Source: a virus
Direction: 5' to 3' (one strand)
Virus record (IMG/VR): IMGVR_UViG_3300030419_003648
Coordinates: 1-64,000 of that record
Length of the DNA stretch: 64,000 nt
This document shows positions 17,827 to 26,674 of this stretch, one piece after another. Numbering within the stretch: position 1 is the stretch's first letter; each line of letters begins with the position of its first letter. Both the position numbers and the translations under genes were made by a program. The notes under the pieces are model-generated. The model had not been told where the DNA came from. It ran no database searches and saw nothing but the letters and a program-made list of their open reading frames with translations.

Positions 17827-18631
17827 AGCATCTCAATTAAGATTATTATTAGAAAGTATAAAGCTAAATGCGCCAAATCTATTCTCTGAAATAAAAATAT
17901 TGTACACCTCAACTGACGACAAGTTTGATGAGGGTTACAAAAAATTGATAAACGAAGAAATCCTGAATAATATTGTTTGGCAAAGAGAAAATGATTTTGT
18001 TCAGGATTTTTTGCAATCATTAAGAGATTGTAAAACTGAGTATATTTGTGGAATAGTTGATGACTGCGTAATCTATAAAAGATTAGCGTCTACTCCACAA
18101 CAAATAATAGATAGTTTCGATGAGGATGTTTTTTGTTTTTCTTTACGTCTTGGTTTGAATACTACAATGCAATTCTACCTAGACCCCAAAAGAAAAATAC
18201 TGCTTGAGGATTTCCAACAAAGTGGATTTTTCATCCGTTGGAATTGGAAAGAGTGGGCAGACACATTGAATTATGGTTATCCAATATCATTAGATGGTCA
18301 TATATTTAGGACGAAAGAATTATCAGATCTGTCGCACAGCTTTGAGTTTGAATACCTCAGACAATGGGAAGGTGTTTTAGCAGGTAAGTGCAGAGAAAAA
18401 ACAGAACGAGATAAGATGATTGCTTACAAACAAAGTGTTTTGTTTAGCATACCAGCAAACTGTGTACAAGATCCTCCATTAATAGCAGGTCAAATACATG
18501 AGTTTACAGAGGAAAAACTTAACGATTTATATTTAGAAGGAACCGTTATTGACTTAGGGGCTTTAGAGTTTGCCTTTCAAAATGTTAAATGGTCACATAA
18601 CGAAGTTCCGTTTTTCTTTAAGGAGTTATGA
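17795..18631 (+). CDS. putative GT-A glycosyltransferase-like protein (paralog of 27641-28525)
   Basis: SKNRASQLRLLLES, VDD, SLRLGLNT, YGYPISLDGHIF. Confidence 0.6.
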   Translation: MITGLILSKNRASQLRLLLESIKLNAPNLFSEIKILYTSTDDKFDEGYKKLINEEILNNIVWQRENDFVQDFLQSLRDCKTEYICGIVDDCVIYKRLASTPQQIIDSFDEDVFCFSLRLGLNTTMQFYLDPKRKILLEDFQQSGFFIRWNWKEWADTLNYGYPISLDGHIFRTKELSDLSHSFEFEYLRQWEGVLAGKCREKTERDKMIAYKQSVLFSIPANCVQDPPLIAGQIHEFTEEKLNDLYLEGTVIDLGALEFAFQNVKWSHNEVPFFFKEL

Positions 18632-18632
18632 G

Positions 18633-18851
18633 ATGGAAAATCTAAGAGAAAAGGGTTTAGAATATTTAAAGAATAAAGCACTGACTGACAGGAATAAAGC
18701 AGAGCTTTCTCTTACTCTTCTTCTTGATTTAAGCGTCGGGATTGGAGATCACTCAACTGAAGATTTTTATAACAACCTTGATGAAGCACTGAACACTTTG
18801 GTAGATGCTGAAGATAGGCTAGAAATACTCAAGAAAAATTTTGATGCTTAG
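18633..18851 (+). CDS. hypothetical helical protein
   Basis: AAGGAG RBS; VGIGDH motif. Confidence 0.6.
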   Translation: MENLREKGLEYLKNKALTDRNKAELSLTLLLDLSVGIGDHSTEDFYNNLDEALNTLVDAEDRLEILKKNFDA

Positions 18852-19263
18852 AAGACTATTCAAAAAATTATTTCGTTCTTCAAAGAAAGAAGAATTTGCG
18901 GCAGAAATATCTTACAAGGTAGATGCCGAAGGTGATATATGGTTAGATTTCAAATGGAAGTCTGACGTTAATAAAAATGCAGCTAAGATGTTTTCTGAAT
19001 TATTTGTAGAAGTATCATCTGGAGGTTTAGTTGATAGTTCTTTAGAGTTTTTAGAAAACAAATTTAAGGAAATGGGATCTGAAGAGGATTATGATGGATT
19101 CTTACAATATATAAATCTCTTGCAAGACATCAAGTTCATGGAACAAATGACAGATGAGATTGAAGAGCAAGACGAAGATGACGATGACCAGCCTCTTATT
19201 AGACCAACAGAAGTTGCAAACATAATAGAGACTGGAACTGTCAATGATTCCTTAAACAATTAA
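18844..19263 (+). CDS. acidic hypothetical protein
   Basis: ORF overlapping upstream stop. Confidence 0.6.
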   Translation: MLRRLFKKLFRSSKKEEFAAEISYKVDAEGDIWLDFKWKSDVNKNAAKMFSELFVEVSSGGLVDSSLEFLENKFKEMGSEEDYDGFLQYINLLQDIKFMEQMTDEIEEQDEDDDDQPLIRPTEVANIIETGTVNDSLNN

Positions 19264-19276
19264 AGGGAGTACGAAG

Positions 19277-19891
19277 ATGCCCAGTACAAATAAAAAAGTA
19301 GCGTGGGAAAAATGGGATGAGGACGTACTTGACCAAGAAATAATAGAAGATACAGTCAGTGAGTTTGGAGAATACGAAGAAGACTCTAGTCTTGCCGAAG
19401 ATGCTCTTTTGTTTTTAGAAAAGATACCCAAGTTGGTAACAACTCCTCTTGGAATGTTCCAGCTATACGACAAGATGAGTGTTATGAACCAATACGAATG
19501 TTGGATGGGTTATACCAATTTTGATATTACAAACAAAGTAAAAACAATAATAGAAAAAACTCAAGGCGTTGAACTGCTAACAATAATTAGTAGGTACAGA
19601 TTCTTTGTGGGTATTGGAAAATTATTTGATTTTTCAGACGTAAGATTATCCATAGAAGGATCTTTGTGCGGAGCCAAGTTTGAATTAGACGACGAGACAA
19701 AAGAAACTGTAGAGGTTGTAAAAGACGCTCTATCCTCAGATAGATACTGGGCTATATTTGTTTCTCCAAATGGAGAACTTTTATACTCTAGTACGAATGA
19801 TGATAATGATGAAAGCTATTTAGAAACATTAATGTCATACGAAAAGAAAAAGAAAAAATCTGGTGGAAAAATTATTCAAAATGAACAGTAA
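19277..19891 (+). CDS. hypothetical protein
   Basis: 204-aa ORF, GGGAG RBS. Confidence 0.7.
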   Translation: MPSTNKKVAWEKWDEDVLDQEIIEDTVSEFGEYEEDSSLAEDALLFLEKIPKLVTTPLGMFQLYDKMSVMNQYECWMGYTNFDITNKVKTIIEKTQGVELLTIISRYRFFVGIGKLFDFSDVRLSIEGSLCGAKFELDDETKETVEVVKDALSSDRYWAIFVSPNGELLYSSTNDDNDESYLETLMSYEKKKKKSGGKIIQNEQ

Positions 19892-20486
19892 GATTATTAG
19901 CCCCGAAGACTCTTTCTTGCTTGATTGTGGAAAGGTTTTTGTTTGGGGTGATATAGACGAAGATTTAGCTTTGAAATTTTCTAGGCATATAAGATATGTA
20001 GCTAGTAAAGGACTAAAAGTCATGTACGTTTATATACATTCTGATGGTGGAGATGTAGATGCTGTTTGTTCGATGATAGATGAGATTGAAGGTGTTAAAT
20101 CGCAAGGAATAGAAGTAAATACTATTGCAAATGGAAAAGCATTTTCCGCAGCGGCTTATTTACTGACGTTTGGGACAAATAGATATGCAACAAATAACGC
20201 CACAATTATGCTGCATCCTATACTTTTTGATCTTGATTTAGATTATATAGATGCTCAAAGATCTTACACAGATTTTACAAACTTAAAGTATCAAAATTTG
20301 ATTTCCAAAGTTGCAAAAAACTGCGGAAGGAAAAGCAAAAACACAATAGATAAGTTTATGTCTGAGATAAAAGATGGACTATGGCTTATGCCTAAACAGG
20401 CTATAAAAATGAAAGTCATAGACTCTATTTGGGATTACGGTTGGGAAAATGAAATAAATGAACAATGTAACAAACGACGAGTTTAA
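19881..20486 (+). CDS. clpP: ClpP-family serine protease subunit
   Basis: GDID, YIHSDGGDV, GKAFSAAA (Ser), IMLHP (His), WLMPKQA...ID. Confidence 0.85.
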   Translation: MNSKIISPEDSFLLDCGKVFVWGDIDEDLALKFSRHIRYVASKGLKVMYVYIHSDGGDVDAVCSMIDEIEGVKSQGIEVNTIANGKAFSAAAYLLTFGTNRYATNNATIMLHPILFDLDLDYIDAQRSYTDFTNLKYQNLISKVAKNCGRKSKNTIDKFMSEIKDGLWLMPKQAIKMKVIDSIWDYGWENEINEQCNKRRV

Positions 20487-20955
20487 AGAAGCGTTCAAAA
20501 ACCTAGACAACATAAGGATAATGAACAAAGTATGCTCAAGGTATAGAGCTACAATACCTTATGAAGAAATAGAACGCTGCAAAATGATTGCTCTCTGGCA
20601 AGCATTAAAAGCATTTGACCCAAATGGAGGAAGAAAGTTTACCTCGTTTTTGTATAACAGGATTGACTGGGAGTGCAAAAAACAAATATATGAGATAAAC
20701 AAATCCAGAAGAATCAAAATAGACATGCCCCTTGAGTTTTCTGACGCATCTACACCAGATGACTTCTTGGAGCTATTAGAAATAAAAGACATAATGGAAA
20801 AGATAGATGAAAATTCACAGAAAATAATTTATCAAAGATTTTTCCAAAGGATGACAATGAAGGAAATAGCCAAAGAGAATGGCTATAGCAGAGAGACGGC
20901 TAGGAGAAACATAATTTGTTCCATAGATAAAATTAAAAAATGCTTACAGAATTAG
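20458..20955 (+). CDS. small sigma-70-family factor (regions 2 and 4)
   Basis: ALWQALKAFDPNGGRKFTSFLYNRI; QRFFQRMTMKEIAKENGYSRETARR. Confidence 0.82.
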   Translation: MNNVTNDEFKEAFKNLDNIRIMNKVCSRYRATIPYEEIERCKMIALWQALKAFDPNGGRKFTSFLYNRIDWECKKQIYEINKSRRIKIDMPLEFSDASTPDDFLELLEIKDIMEKIDENSQKIIYQRFFQRMTMKEIAKENGYSRETARRNIICSIDKIKKCLQN

Positions 20956-21572
20956 CTTGCTACAACCAAGACGCAACATTTCAAGAGTTGCTAGAAACAA
21001 TATTCATATCTTGCCAAAAAGAAATAGATTCAGTAGCGATACCGTCTGGCTTTATGAATAGAGTAAATGACTTTCTAAAAGACCAAAAATTTTCAGCAGC
21101 GATAGATTTCCCCTATGGTGTCAACGGAACTCAAGTCAGAGTTCACGAAATAATACTAGCCATAAGACAAGGCGCTTCCTATATAGACCTAGTGTTGAAT
21201 AGCGGGTTAATTAAAGATAAAAACTGGCATAAAATAAAGGAAGATCTGAAGGCTTGCATGACGGTTTGCAAAACCAATGATGTCGAATTGAGAGTAATCA
21301 CTGAGTATAGATTGTTTGATACAAAAACGCTGCTTTTATTGTGCGATCTGGTGTACGGGTTTGGTGTCTATAACATGATTAATTCTACTGGCTTTATAGC
21401 CGATGATCTTTCTGATAACGCATTAATTTCCCATGAAATACAGTCAAAGACAGGCATGAACGTGACTGCATGTGGAAGATTCACAAGCGAAAAGCATTTT
21501 AAGATGCTTGAAGATGCAGACATATACGGTCTTAGGCTAATGTCTCCTAGAATAGCGGAAGACCTGCTCTAA
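20940..21572 (+). CDS. DeoC (deoxyribose-phosphate aldolase)-like protein lacking the catalytic lysines
   Basis: IDFPYG, AIRQGASYIDLVLN, LRVITE, INSTGF (canonical KTSTGF), VTACG (canonical VKASG). Confidence 0.78.
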   Translation: MLTELACYNQDATFQELLETIFISCQKEIDSVAIPSGFMNRVNDFLKDQKFSAAIDFPYGVNGTQVRVHEIILAIRQGASYIDLVLNSGLIKDKNWHKIKEDLKACMTVCKTNDVELRVITEYRLFDTKTLLLLCDLVYGFGVYNMINSTGFIADDLSDNALISHEIQSKTGMNVTACGRFTSEKHFKMLEDADIYGLRLMSPRIAEDLL

Positions 21573-21656
21573 TAAGTGTATATTATATTAGGACTTGGAT
21601 TTCTATCATAGGAACTATCGGACTTGTGCAATATAGTCATATGAAAGGTTAATATC

Positions 21657-22292
21657 ATGACTGTAAGCACACATAAATCTACTGCTCAGGGAAGCGGAAG
21701 CTTCAAAGATGACGGTGGAACAATTTTGAATGGTGGGAATATTAGTGGAAGTAAATTTCAAGCTAAGACTCCTATCGAAATAGTACAGGGTCGTAAAGTT
21801 TCTGGTTCTAAAGTCGTTGCTAAATCTGGAGATGCCTACAATGCAGGTATCACCACAGCTAACTCCGGTGGAACTCTAGCTTTTAACCCAAGTGGAAGAT
21901 CAGTTACTCGTTCTGCTACTGACACGGGCTTCTTGATTAGAGGCGGTGTTGCGAACAACATTTCTGGTATTTCCAGTTTGAACCCAATCTTGAGTGGTGC
22001 TTCCGATACGACAAGTCGTCGTGGTGGAAACATTCACCCAATGAAGAAGTATCGTCAGAATGGTACTTGGGCAACTGCTATCTTCGATATCTTCGGTGGA
22101 GGACTATTGCAGAGCGATGGTACAGCCAAAGATGGTATCACTGACAGAGGAACTGCTATCACACTTGGTGTTGACCATGCAGCAGAACCTGTTGGTGGCG
22201 TAAGAGCAATTCCGGGTGAATTTGTAATTCTGTTTGACTTTGCTACGTTTACTAATAACTACAAAGACTACAGTGCAATCACTGGTGCTTAA
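21657..22292 (+). CDS. G/S/T-rich protein, possibly virion-associated
   Basis: composition; own promoter-like GTGTATATT (21576-21584) and AAAGG RBS. Confidence 0.5.
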   Translation: MTVSTHKSTAQGSGSFKDDGGTILNGGNISGSKFQAKTPIEIVQGRKVSGSKVVAKSGDAYNAGITTANSGGTLAFNPSGRSVTRSATDTGFLIRGGVANNISGISSLNPILSGASDTTSRRGGNIHPMKKYRQNGTWATAIFDIFGGGLLQSDGTAKDGITDRGTAITLGVDHAAEPVGGVRAIPGEFVILFDFATFTNNYKDYSAITGA

Positions 22293-22314
22293 TCGTTTTT
22301 CTTAGAGGTGTATC

Positions 22315-22626
22315 ATGAGTTCATTAGAAATGCCAGCACTAGCTGCTGTTATTGCAATCACTATGGGATTGATAAAGGTAATTGAAATGTTGATTTCTAA
22401 GAAGTCTTCTAAAGATTCTTGTTTGAATCAGGAAGAAAGAAATTGGTTACAAGGACTGCATGATTTACACGAAAAGTGTGATACCGATGGAACCCCCTTG
22501 GTTTATGTTCCTAGAAGTTGGGCTGAAATTCAGCGCAATATGCAACATATCATGACCAAGATAGTTAATGACCAACGGAGGATCGCAGATATTCTAGAAA
22601 GAATTGATAAGAAGATAGATAAGTAG
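22315..22626 (+). CDS. single-TM protein with coiled coil (holin-like architecture)
   Basis: N-terminal TM; GAGGTG RBS. Confidence 0.5.
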   Translation: MSSLEMPALAAVIAITMGLIKVIEMLISKKSSKDSCLNQEERNWLQGLHDLHEKCDTDGTPLVYVPRSWAEIQRNMQHIMTKIVNDQRRIADILERIDKKIDK

Positions 22627-22632
22627 TAACTA

Positions 22633-22670
22633 ATGGGGGTATGGGGTAATTGCTCCTTACCCCCTATTTT
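22633..22670 (+). terminator. intrinsic terminator
   Basis: GGGGGTATGGGG-TAATTG-CTCCTTACCCCC then TATTTT. Confidence 0.65.
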
Positions 22671-22683
22671 ATGGAGAAGCAAA

Positions 22684-22926
22684 ATGAAAGAAGCAATTAA
22701 AAGCAAAAAAGGAATCATGGCAATAGTATCAATACTTATTGCACTCTTTGCTGCTATATGGCAAAACGGAGGACTTGATGGAATTATTATAGATGTACCC
22801 GGATCTGATCCGATTGAAGTAAACATTCCAGAAAGTTGTGAAGATTGTGAAGAGGCTTGTAAGTGCGATATTGATGACGGCGATTGTGTCTGTGACACTG
22901 ATTGCGCCTGTCCTGTCTGCGCCTGA
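22684..22926 (+). CDS. membrane-anchored protein with Cys/Asp-rich (metallothionein-like) tail
   Basis: GGAG RBS, TM helix, 9 Cys in the last 29 residues. Confidence 0.6.
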   Translation: MKEAIKSKKGIMAIVSILIALFAAIWQNGGLDGIIIDVPGSDPIEVNIPESCEDCEEACKCDIDDGDCVCDTDCACPVCA

Positions 22927-23356
22927 TAACTATGAGGTGGAAGTAGTTGAATACTGTGATTACGTGGAACTTAATCATGTATACAGATACGATGAAATAG
23001 ACGAGAGAGTGGTTTGCTATATGAAGCAGGCCATTTTCTGGTCTTTTAGGCATGACGTTTTATTACCAGTAAAAAACTCAGAAGGTAAATTAACCGATGA
23101 GTATAAGATGACTTCAGACTTTGTTATAAGAGATTTTATTGTATTAAAAACTGGCTGGAGCAATAAGCAAAACGTAAGATGGAATCTAATAAATGGAAAA
23201 TGGCACTTTACCTTCTACGATATGAATAGCGATACGTATCTAAGAGTCATATGTGGAAGCATGAAAACGACTCACACAGATTATGATGTCGAACGCAGAC
23301 ATCTTAAAATGTTAAAAAAAGATTTCAGACACGAATTTATGGGGAGAAGAGAATGA
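22838..23356 (+). CDS. secreted hypothetical protein
   Basis: GTG start gives signal peptide MKIVKRLVSAILMTAIVSVTLIAPVLSA. Confidence 0.6.
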   Translation: MKIVKRLVSAILMTAIVSVTLIAPVLSAPDNYEVEVVEYCDYVELNHVYRYDEIDERVVCYMKQAIFWSFRHDVLLPVKNSEGKLTDEYKMTSDFVIRDFIVLKTGWSNKQNVRWNLINGKWHFTFYDMNSDTYLRVICGSMKTTHTDYDVERRHLKMLKKDFRHEFMGRRE

Positions 23357-23745
23357 AATACCCAAAGATTAGAGCAGAGTGGCAACCAATAAACAATCCT
23401 GATATTGATATAAAAAGACAAGACATAAAGATATACAAAAACTCAGAGCTTATTCAAGAGTATTCACTGAACCGTTGGGAAGGGGCGTTAGAATTTTTTA
23501 CCCCTGCTTGGGACAAGAAGGGGCATCTGATACAAGACCCAACTAGAATATACTACACTGTGGAAGCTATCACAGATAACTTTTCATCTGAAGTTGTAGC
23601 TTCAAATGTCATAGAATTACAAAGCATTGCTATTGATGAAAAACCAACGGACTTGAAGGTGTCCGTAATGCCCTTTCCAGAGGTTTATCAAGAATACGAT
23701 CCGTCAAATCCAAACATTTCTATCATGGGTAGTGGGGTTATTTAA
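23353..23745 (+). CDS. hypothetical protein, possible Ig/FN3-like fold
   Basis: W...IYKN...YYTVEA..S..SN pattern. Confidence 0.5.
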   Translation: MKYPKIRAEWQPINNPDIDIKRQDIKIYKNSELIQEYSLNRWEGALEFFTPAWDKKGHLIQDPTRIYYTVEAITDNFSSEVVASNVIELQSIAIDEKPTDLKVSVMPFPEVYQEYDPSNPNISIMGSGVI

Positions 23746-25005
23746 ATGAACTGGCAAGATATTCACGACCAAGCTATTGTATTTGATTGGCATAATCACG
23801 GCACACTTAAAAATTTCTTATTCGACCGTTCTCTGAACGGTAAAGACTCTAGGTTCTTAAGCAGGTTATTCAAAAGGGCTTTCTGGCCTTTGAGTGAAAG
23901 AAACACTTTACCAAAGATGAAAGAAGGAGGATTAAACGTAGTTCTCTCGACTTCTTATATACCTGAAATAGAATGGGTAGACGATCAAAAGTTAATTAAG
24001 TTTTTGAAGTGGATTTATCCTTCAGTAAATAAGAGGGTTTTCAAACCAACTTACTTCGATGCAACTAATGCGATGATGGATCGTATGGAAGAAGAAGTAG
24101 AATTGTACAATGATATTTCTCTGATCTTAGATTCTGACAGCAAATTTAAGTTTGTAAAGAGTCTAAAAGAATTAGAAAATTCCATTGTTGAACATGACAT
24201 AGCAATGATTCATTCTGTTGAAGGAGGTCACTCTCTTAATGGTGAATTAGCAAAGAAGCGTGTTGATGAGGCAACTGCTGTAAAACCGCTTATAGAAAAT
24301 GAGCTAATGGAAAATCTTGAACACTTCTATAACAGGGGTGTTGCCTATCTTACTCTTGCTCACTTTTACCCAAACCATTTAGTGTCTCCTGTTTTTCCAT
24401 ACCCAGAGTATGGTATCAAGAGTAGTAATTGGAAGAACCTAATGGCTGGCTGGGACATGAATAAGGGTCTTACATCTACTGGCAAAAAGGTTGTGCAAGC
24501 CATGAAAGACATGGGTATGATTATAGATATAAGTCATTGTACCCCAACGGCAAGACAACAAGTTTATGAAATTGTTGGAGATGACTTATCGAGGATAGTT
24601 GCGAGTCATATTGGTGCATTTTCTATTAACCCAGACCCCTATAACTTAGAGGACTGGGAAATTAAATGGTTAGCAGATCATAATTGTTTAATAGGTTTAA
24701 TTTTTATGAACTATTGGTTAAGCCCAATAGATTCAGGTCTTGGATTAAAACACCTAGAAAGAACAATAGATCATATAATTAACATAGCCGGAGACCAAGT
24801 CTTGGCTATAGGGACTGATTTCGACGGGTTTACTGATCCTCCAGACGAGATAACTGACATTTCAGAATTGCCTAGACTTACTAGATATTTATCTTCGTTA
24901 AAGGGTGGGATTGATAAGGATAAGTATTCAAATAACACAATTACTAATATACTTGGTAGAAACTCACTTAGATTTATCCTAGAAGGCTGGGGCAAAAAGA
25001 AATGA
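23746..25005 (+). CDS. M19 membrane-dipeptidase family (amidohydrolase)
   Basis: DWHNH, SVEGGH, LTLAH, GLTSTG, IIDISH, ASH, IGTDFDG, ILGRN. Confidence 0.85.
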   Translation: MNWQDIHDQAIVFDWHNHGTLKNFLFDRSLNGKDSRFLSRLFKRAFWPLSERNTLPKMKEGGLNVVLSTSYIPEIEWVDDQKLIKFLKWIYPSVNKRVFKPTYFDATNAMMDRMEEEVELYNDISLILDSDSKFKFVKSLKELENSIVEHDIAMIHSVEGGHSLNGELAKKRVDEATAVKPLIENELMENLEHFYNRGVAYLTLAHFYPNHLVSPVFPYPEYGIKSSNWKNLMAGWDMNKGLTSTGKKVVQAMKDMGMIIDISHCTPTARQQVYEIVGDDLSRIVASHIGAFSINPDPYNLEDWEIKWLADHNCLIGLIFMNYWLSPIDSGLGLKHLERTIDHIINIAGDQVLAIGTDFDGFTDPPDEITDISELPRLTRYLSSLKGGIDKDKYSNNTITNILGRNSLRFILEGWGKKK

Positions 25006-25514
25006 AAAAATACATAGAGGCATTAAAACAATACTCGGAAGACGCAACTACTAGCGATGCAAAAACTGGAGCTTGCTGGGAAGGCTACGAAAGAGTGCCT
25101 AATACTAAAAAAGGTGAACCCGGAAGTTGCAGAAAGATTGGATCAACTACAGCAGATTATAAGTATGAAAACCCAAAGACTGGCGAAGTGTTTATATACA
25201 CACGAAAGGGAACTTATAAAAAGGGAAACACAGTATTAATTTATAGAGGTAAAGCAGAAGAAGCAGAAGCTGCTGAATATCAAGGAAGAAAGGTTACTCT
25301 CAACAAACCTTTCTTAACACCAGATGGGCCAAAGAAACGTTCTGTATATGTAAAAAATGATAAGGGTAATGTAGTCAAAGTTAACTTCGGAGACCCTAAC
25401 ATGAAAATAAAAAAGAACGACCCAGAAAGGCGTAAGAGCTTTAGAGCTAGACATAATTGTGATAACCCCGGACCTAAATGGAAGGCAAGATATTGGTCTT
25501 GTAAAATGTGGTAA
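25002..25514 (+). CDS. basic Cys-containing protein of a type seen in phages
   Basis: CWEGYE..GSC; VNFGDPNM..RRKSFRARHNC..RYWSC. Confidence 0.65.
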   Translation: MKKYIEALKQYSEDATTSDAKTGACWEGYERVPNTKKGEPGSCRKIGSTTADYKYENPKTGEVFIYTRKGTYKKGNTVLIYRGKAEEAEAAEYQGRKVTLNKPFLTPDGPKKRSVYVKNDKGNVVKVNFGDPNMKIKKNDPERRKSFRARHNCDNPGPKWKARYWSCKMW

Positions 25515-25515
25515 C

Positions 25516-25806
25516 ATGCCGAATAATAGTAATAGATTGCAGACTATCTTAGAAAAACGTCGTCAAAAACATCAGATCAAATCTGAGAAAAAAGACGATA
25601 AGGAAGAAAAGAAAGAAACTAAAAGAAATTACAGGCTTGATAAAATCAATGCCGTAAAAGAAAAAATCTACGCTGTTGCAGCCAAAAGGAAGTGGTTGTT
25701 TTTAATAATAGCAGCTGCGATAGTAGCCTACTTAGTCATTTTCAAAGGCGGGTTTAGCTTTGGTGGCGGAGGAGGCATTTTAGAGAAGGTTAAAAGCTTC
25801 TTTTAA
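25516..25806 (+). CDS. basic protein with C-terminal TM
   Basis: KRKWLFLIIAAAIVAYLVIF. Confidence 0.6.
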   Translation: MPNNSNRLQTILEKRRQKHQIKSEKKDDKEEKKETKRNYRLDKINAVKEKIYAVAAKRKWLFLIIAAAIVAYLVIFKGGFSFGGGGGILEKVKSFF

Positions 25807-25827
25807 TTTTTATTAAGGAAAAGAACT

Positions 25828-26007
25828 ATGGAAAAGGTAAAAGCCTTATTCAAAAGTCGTCGTTTTTGGACTGCCGTTGGTGGCGTTGTTGTAGTAGTCG
25901 CTCAGGAAACTCTTGGGGTAGATTCAGAAACAACAAATAGAATTGTCGCACTTGCTGTGGCTTGGATTTTAGGAGACTCTTTGAGAGTTACTTCTACAGA
26001 AGAGTAA
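25828..26007 (+). CDS. small two-TM holin-like protein (59 aa)
   Basis: hand-translated MEKVKALFKSRRFWTAVGGVVVVV...IVALAVAWILGD; AAGGA RBS; SR(R/K)FW start seen in small holins. Confidence 0.55.
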   Translation: MEKVKALFKSRRFWTAVGGVVVVVAQETLGVDSETTNRIVALAVAWILGDSLRVTSTEE

Positions 26008-26018
26008 TAATGCTATTT

Positions 26019-26079
26019 GAAATAGCGGCTCACCCAAATCTTCAATGACCCTCGCACCCGTAGGGTGAGCTGCTGTTTC
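26019..26079 (+). other. 17-bp stem with 27-nt loop
   Basis: GAAATAGCGGCTCACCC / GGGTGAGCTGCTGTTTC. Confidence 0.6.
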
Positions 26080-26094
26080 CTTTAGGAAAGAAAT

Positions 26095-26382
26095 ATGGAA
26101 AACAAAAATAATCATTTGTTGGTTTTTTCTGCTGCATGGTGTGGGCCATGTAGAATGATGAAGGCTTTAGTATGGTCTGATTCTAGTGTTCAACAAGCTC
26201 TTTCTAGCTTCAAGTCTCACAAGTTCATAGACATAGACGACGTTCAAGGTCAAGCCTTAGCAAGAATCTATCATGTTAGATCTGTTCCAACTATTGTAGT
26301 CACCGATAAAGAAGGGCAACCTCTGAAGATTGCCAATACAATGGATGCAAAAGAAACTGTGAGGTTTTTAGAAAATGCTTAA
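26095..26382 (+). CDS. thioredoxin
   Basis: FSAAWCGPC, VRSVPT. Confidence 0.85.
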   Translation: MENKNNHLLVFSAAWCGPCRMMKALVWSDSSVQQALSSFKSHKFIDIDDVQGQALARIYHVRSVPTIVVTDKEGQPLKIANTMDAKETVRFLENA

Positions 26383-26674
26383 ATCAAAATATCAAGTGGT
26401 TGTTTTCATGGCTGAATGGTGTCCTCATTGTACACACATGAAAAACAATGTCTGGACTGACCAAAAAGTATCAGAAAGTGTCTCAAAATATCATGGAGGC
26501 AAACCAGCTTTCATCGTTTGTTCTAAACCTCAGAACAGACATCTAGTAGACGAATTCAACATAGAAAAATATCCCACTGTTGTGATTATGGATGAAGATC
26601 ACAATATAAAAAGACAAGCTAATAATATGACTACTGATGAAGTCGTAAGTTTTTTAGAGGACTTTAATGGTTAA
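26375..26674 (+). CDS. thioredoxin-like protein
   Basis: FMAEWCPHC, IEKYPT. Confidence 0.82.
   Translation: MLKSKYQVVVFMAEWCPHCTHMKNNVWTDQKVSESVSKYHGGKPAFIVCSKPQNRHLVDEFNIEKYPTVVIMDEDHNIKRQANNMTTDEVVSFLEDFNG

Noticed and set aside
22633-22683. Track start of the 97-aa ORF
   Set aside because: Lies within a terminator hairpin; ATG 22684 has an RBS
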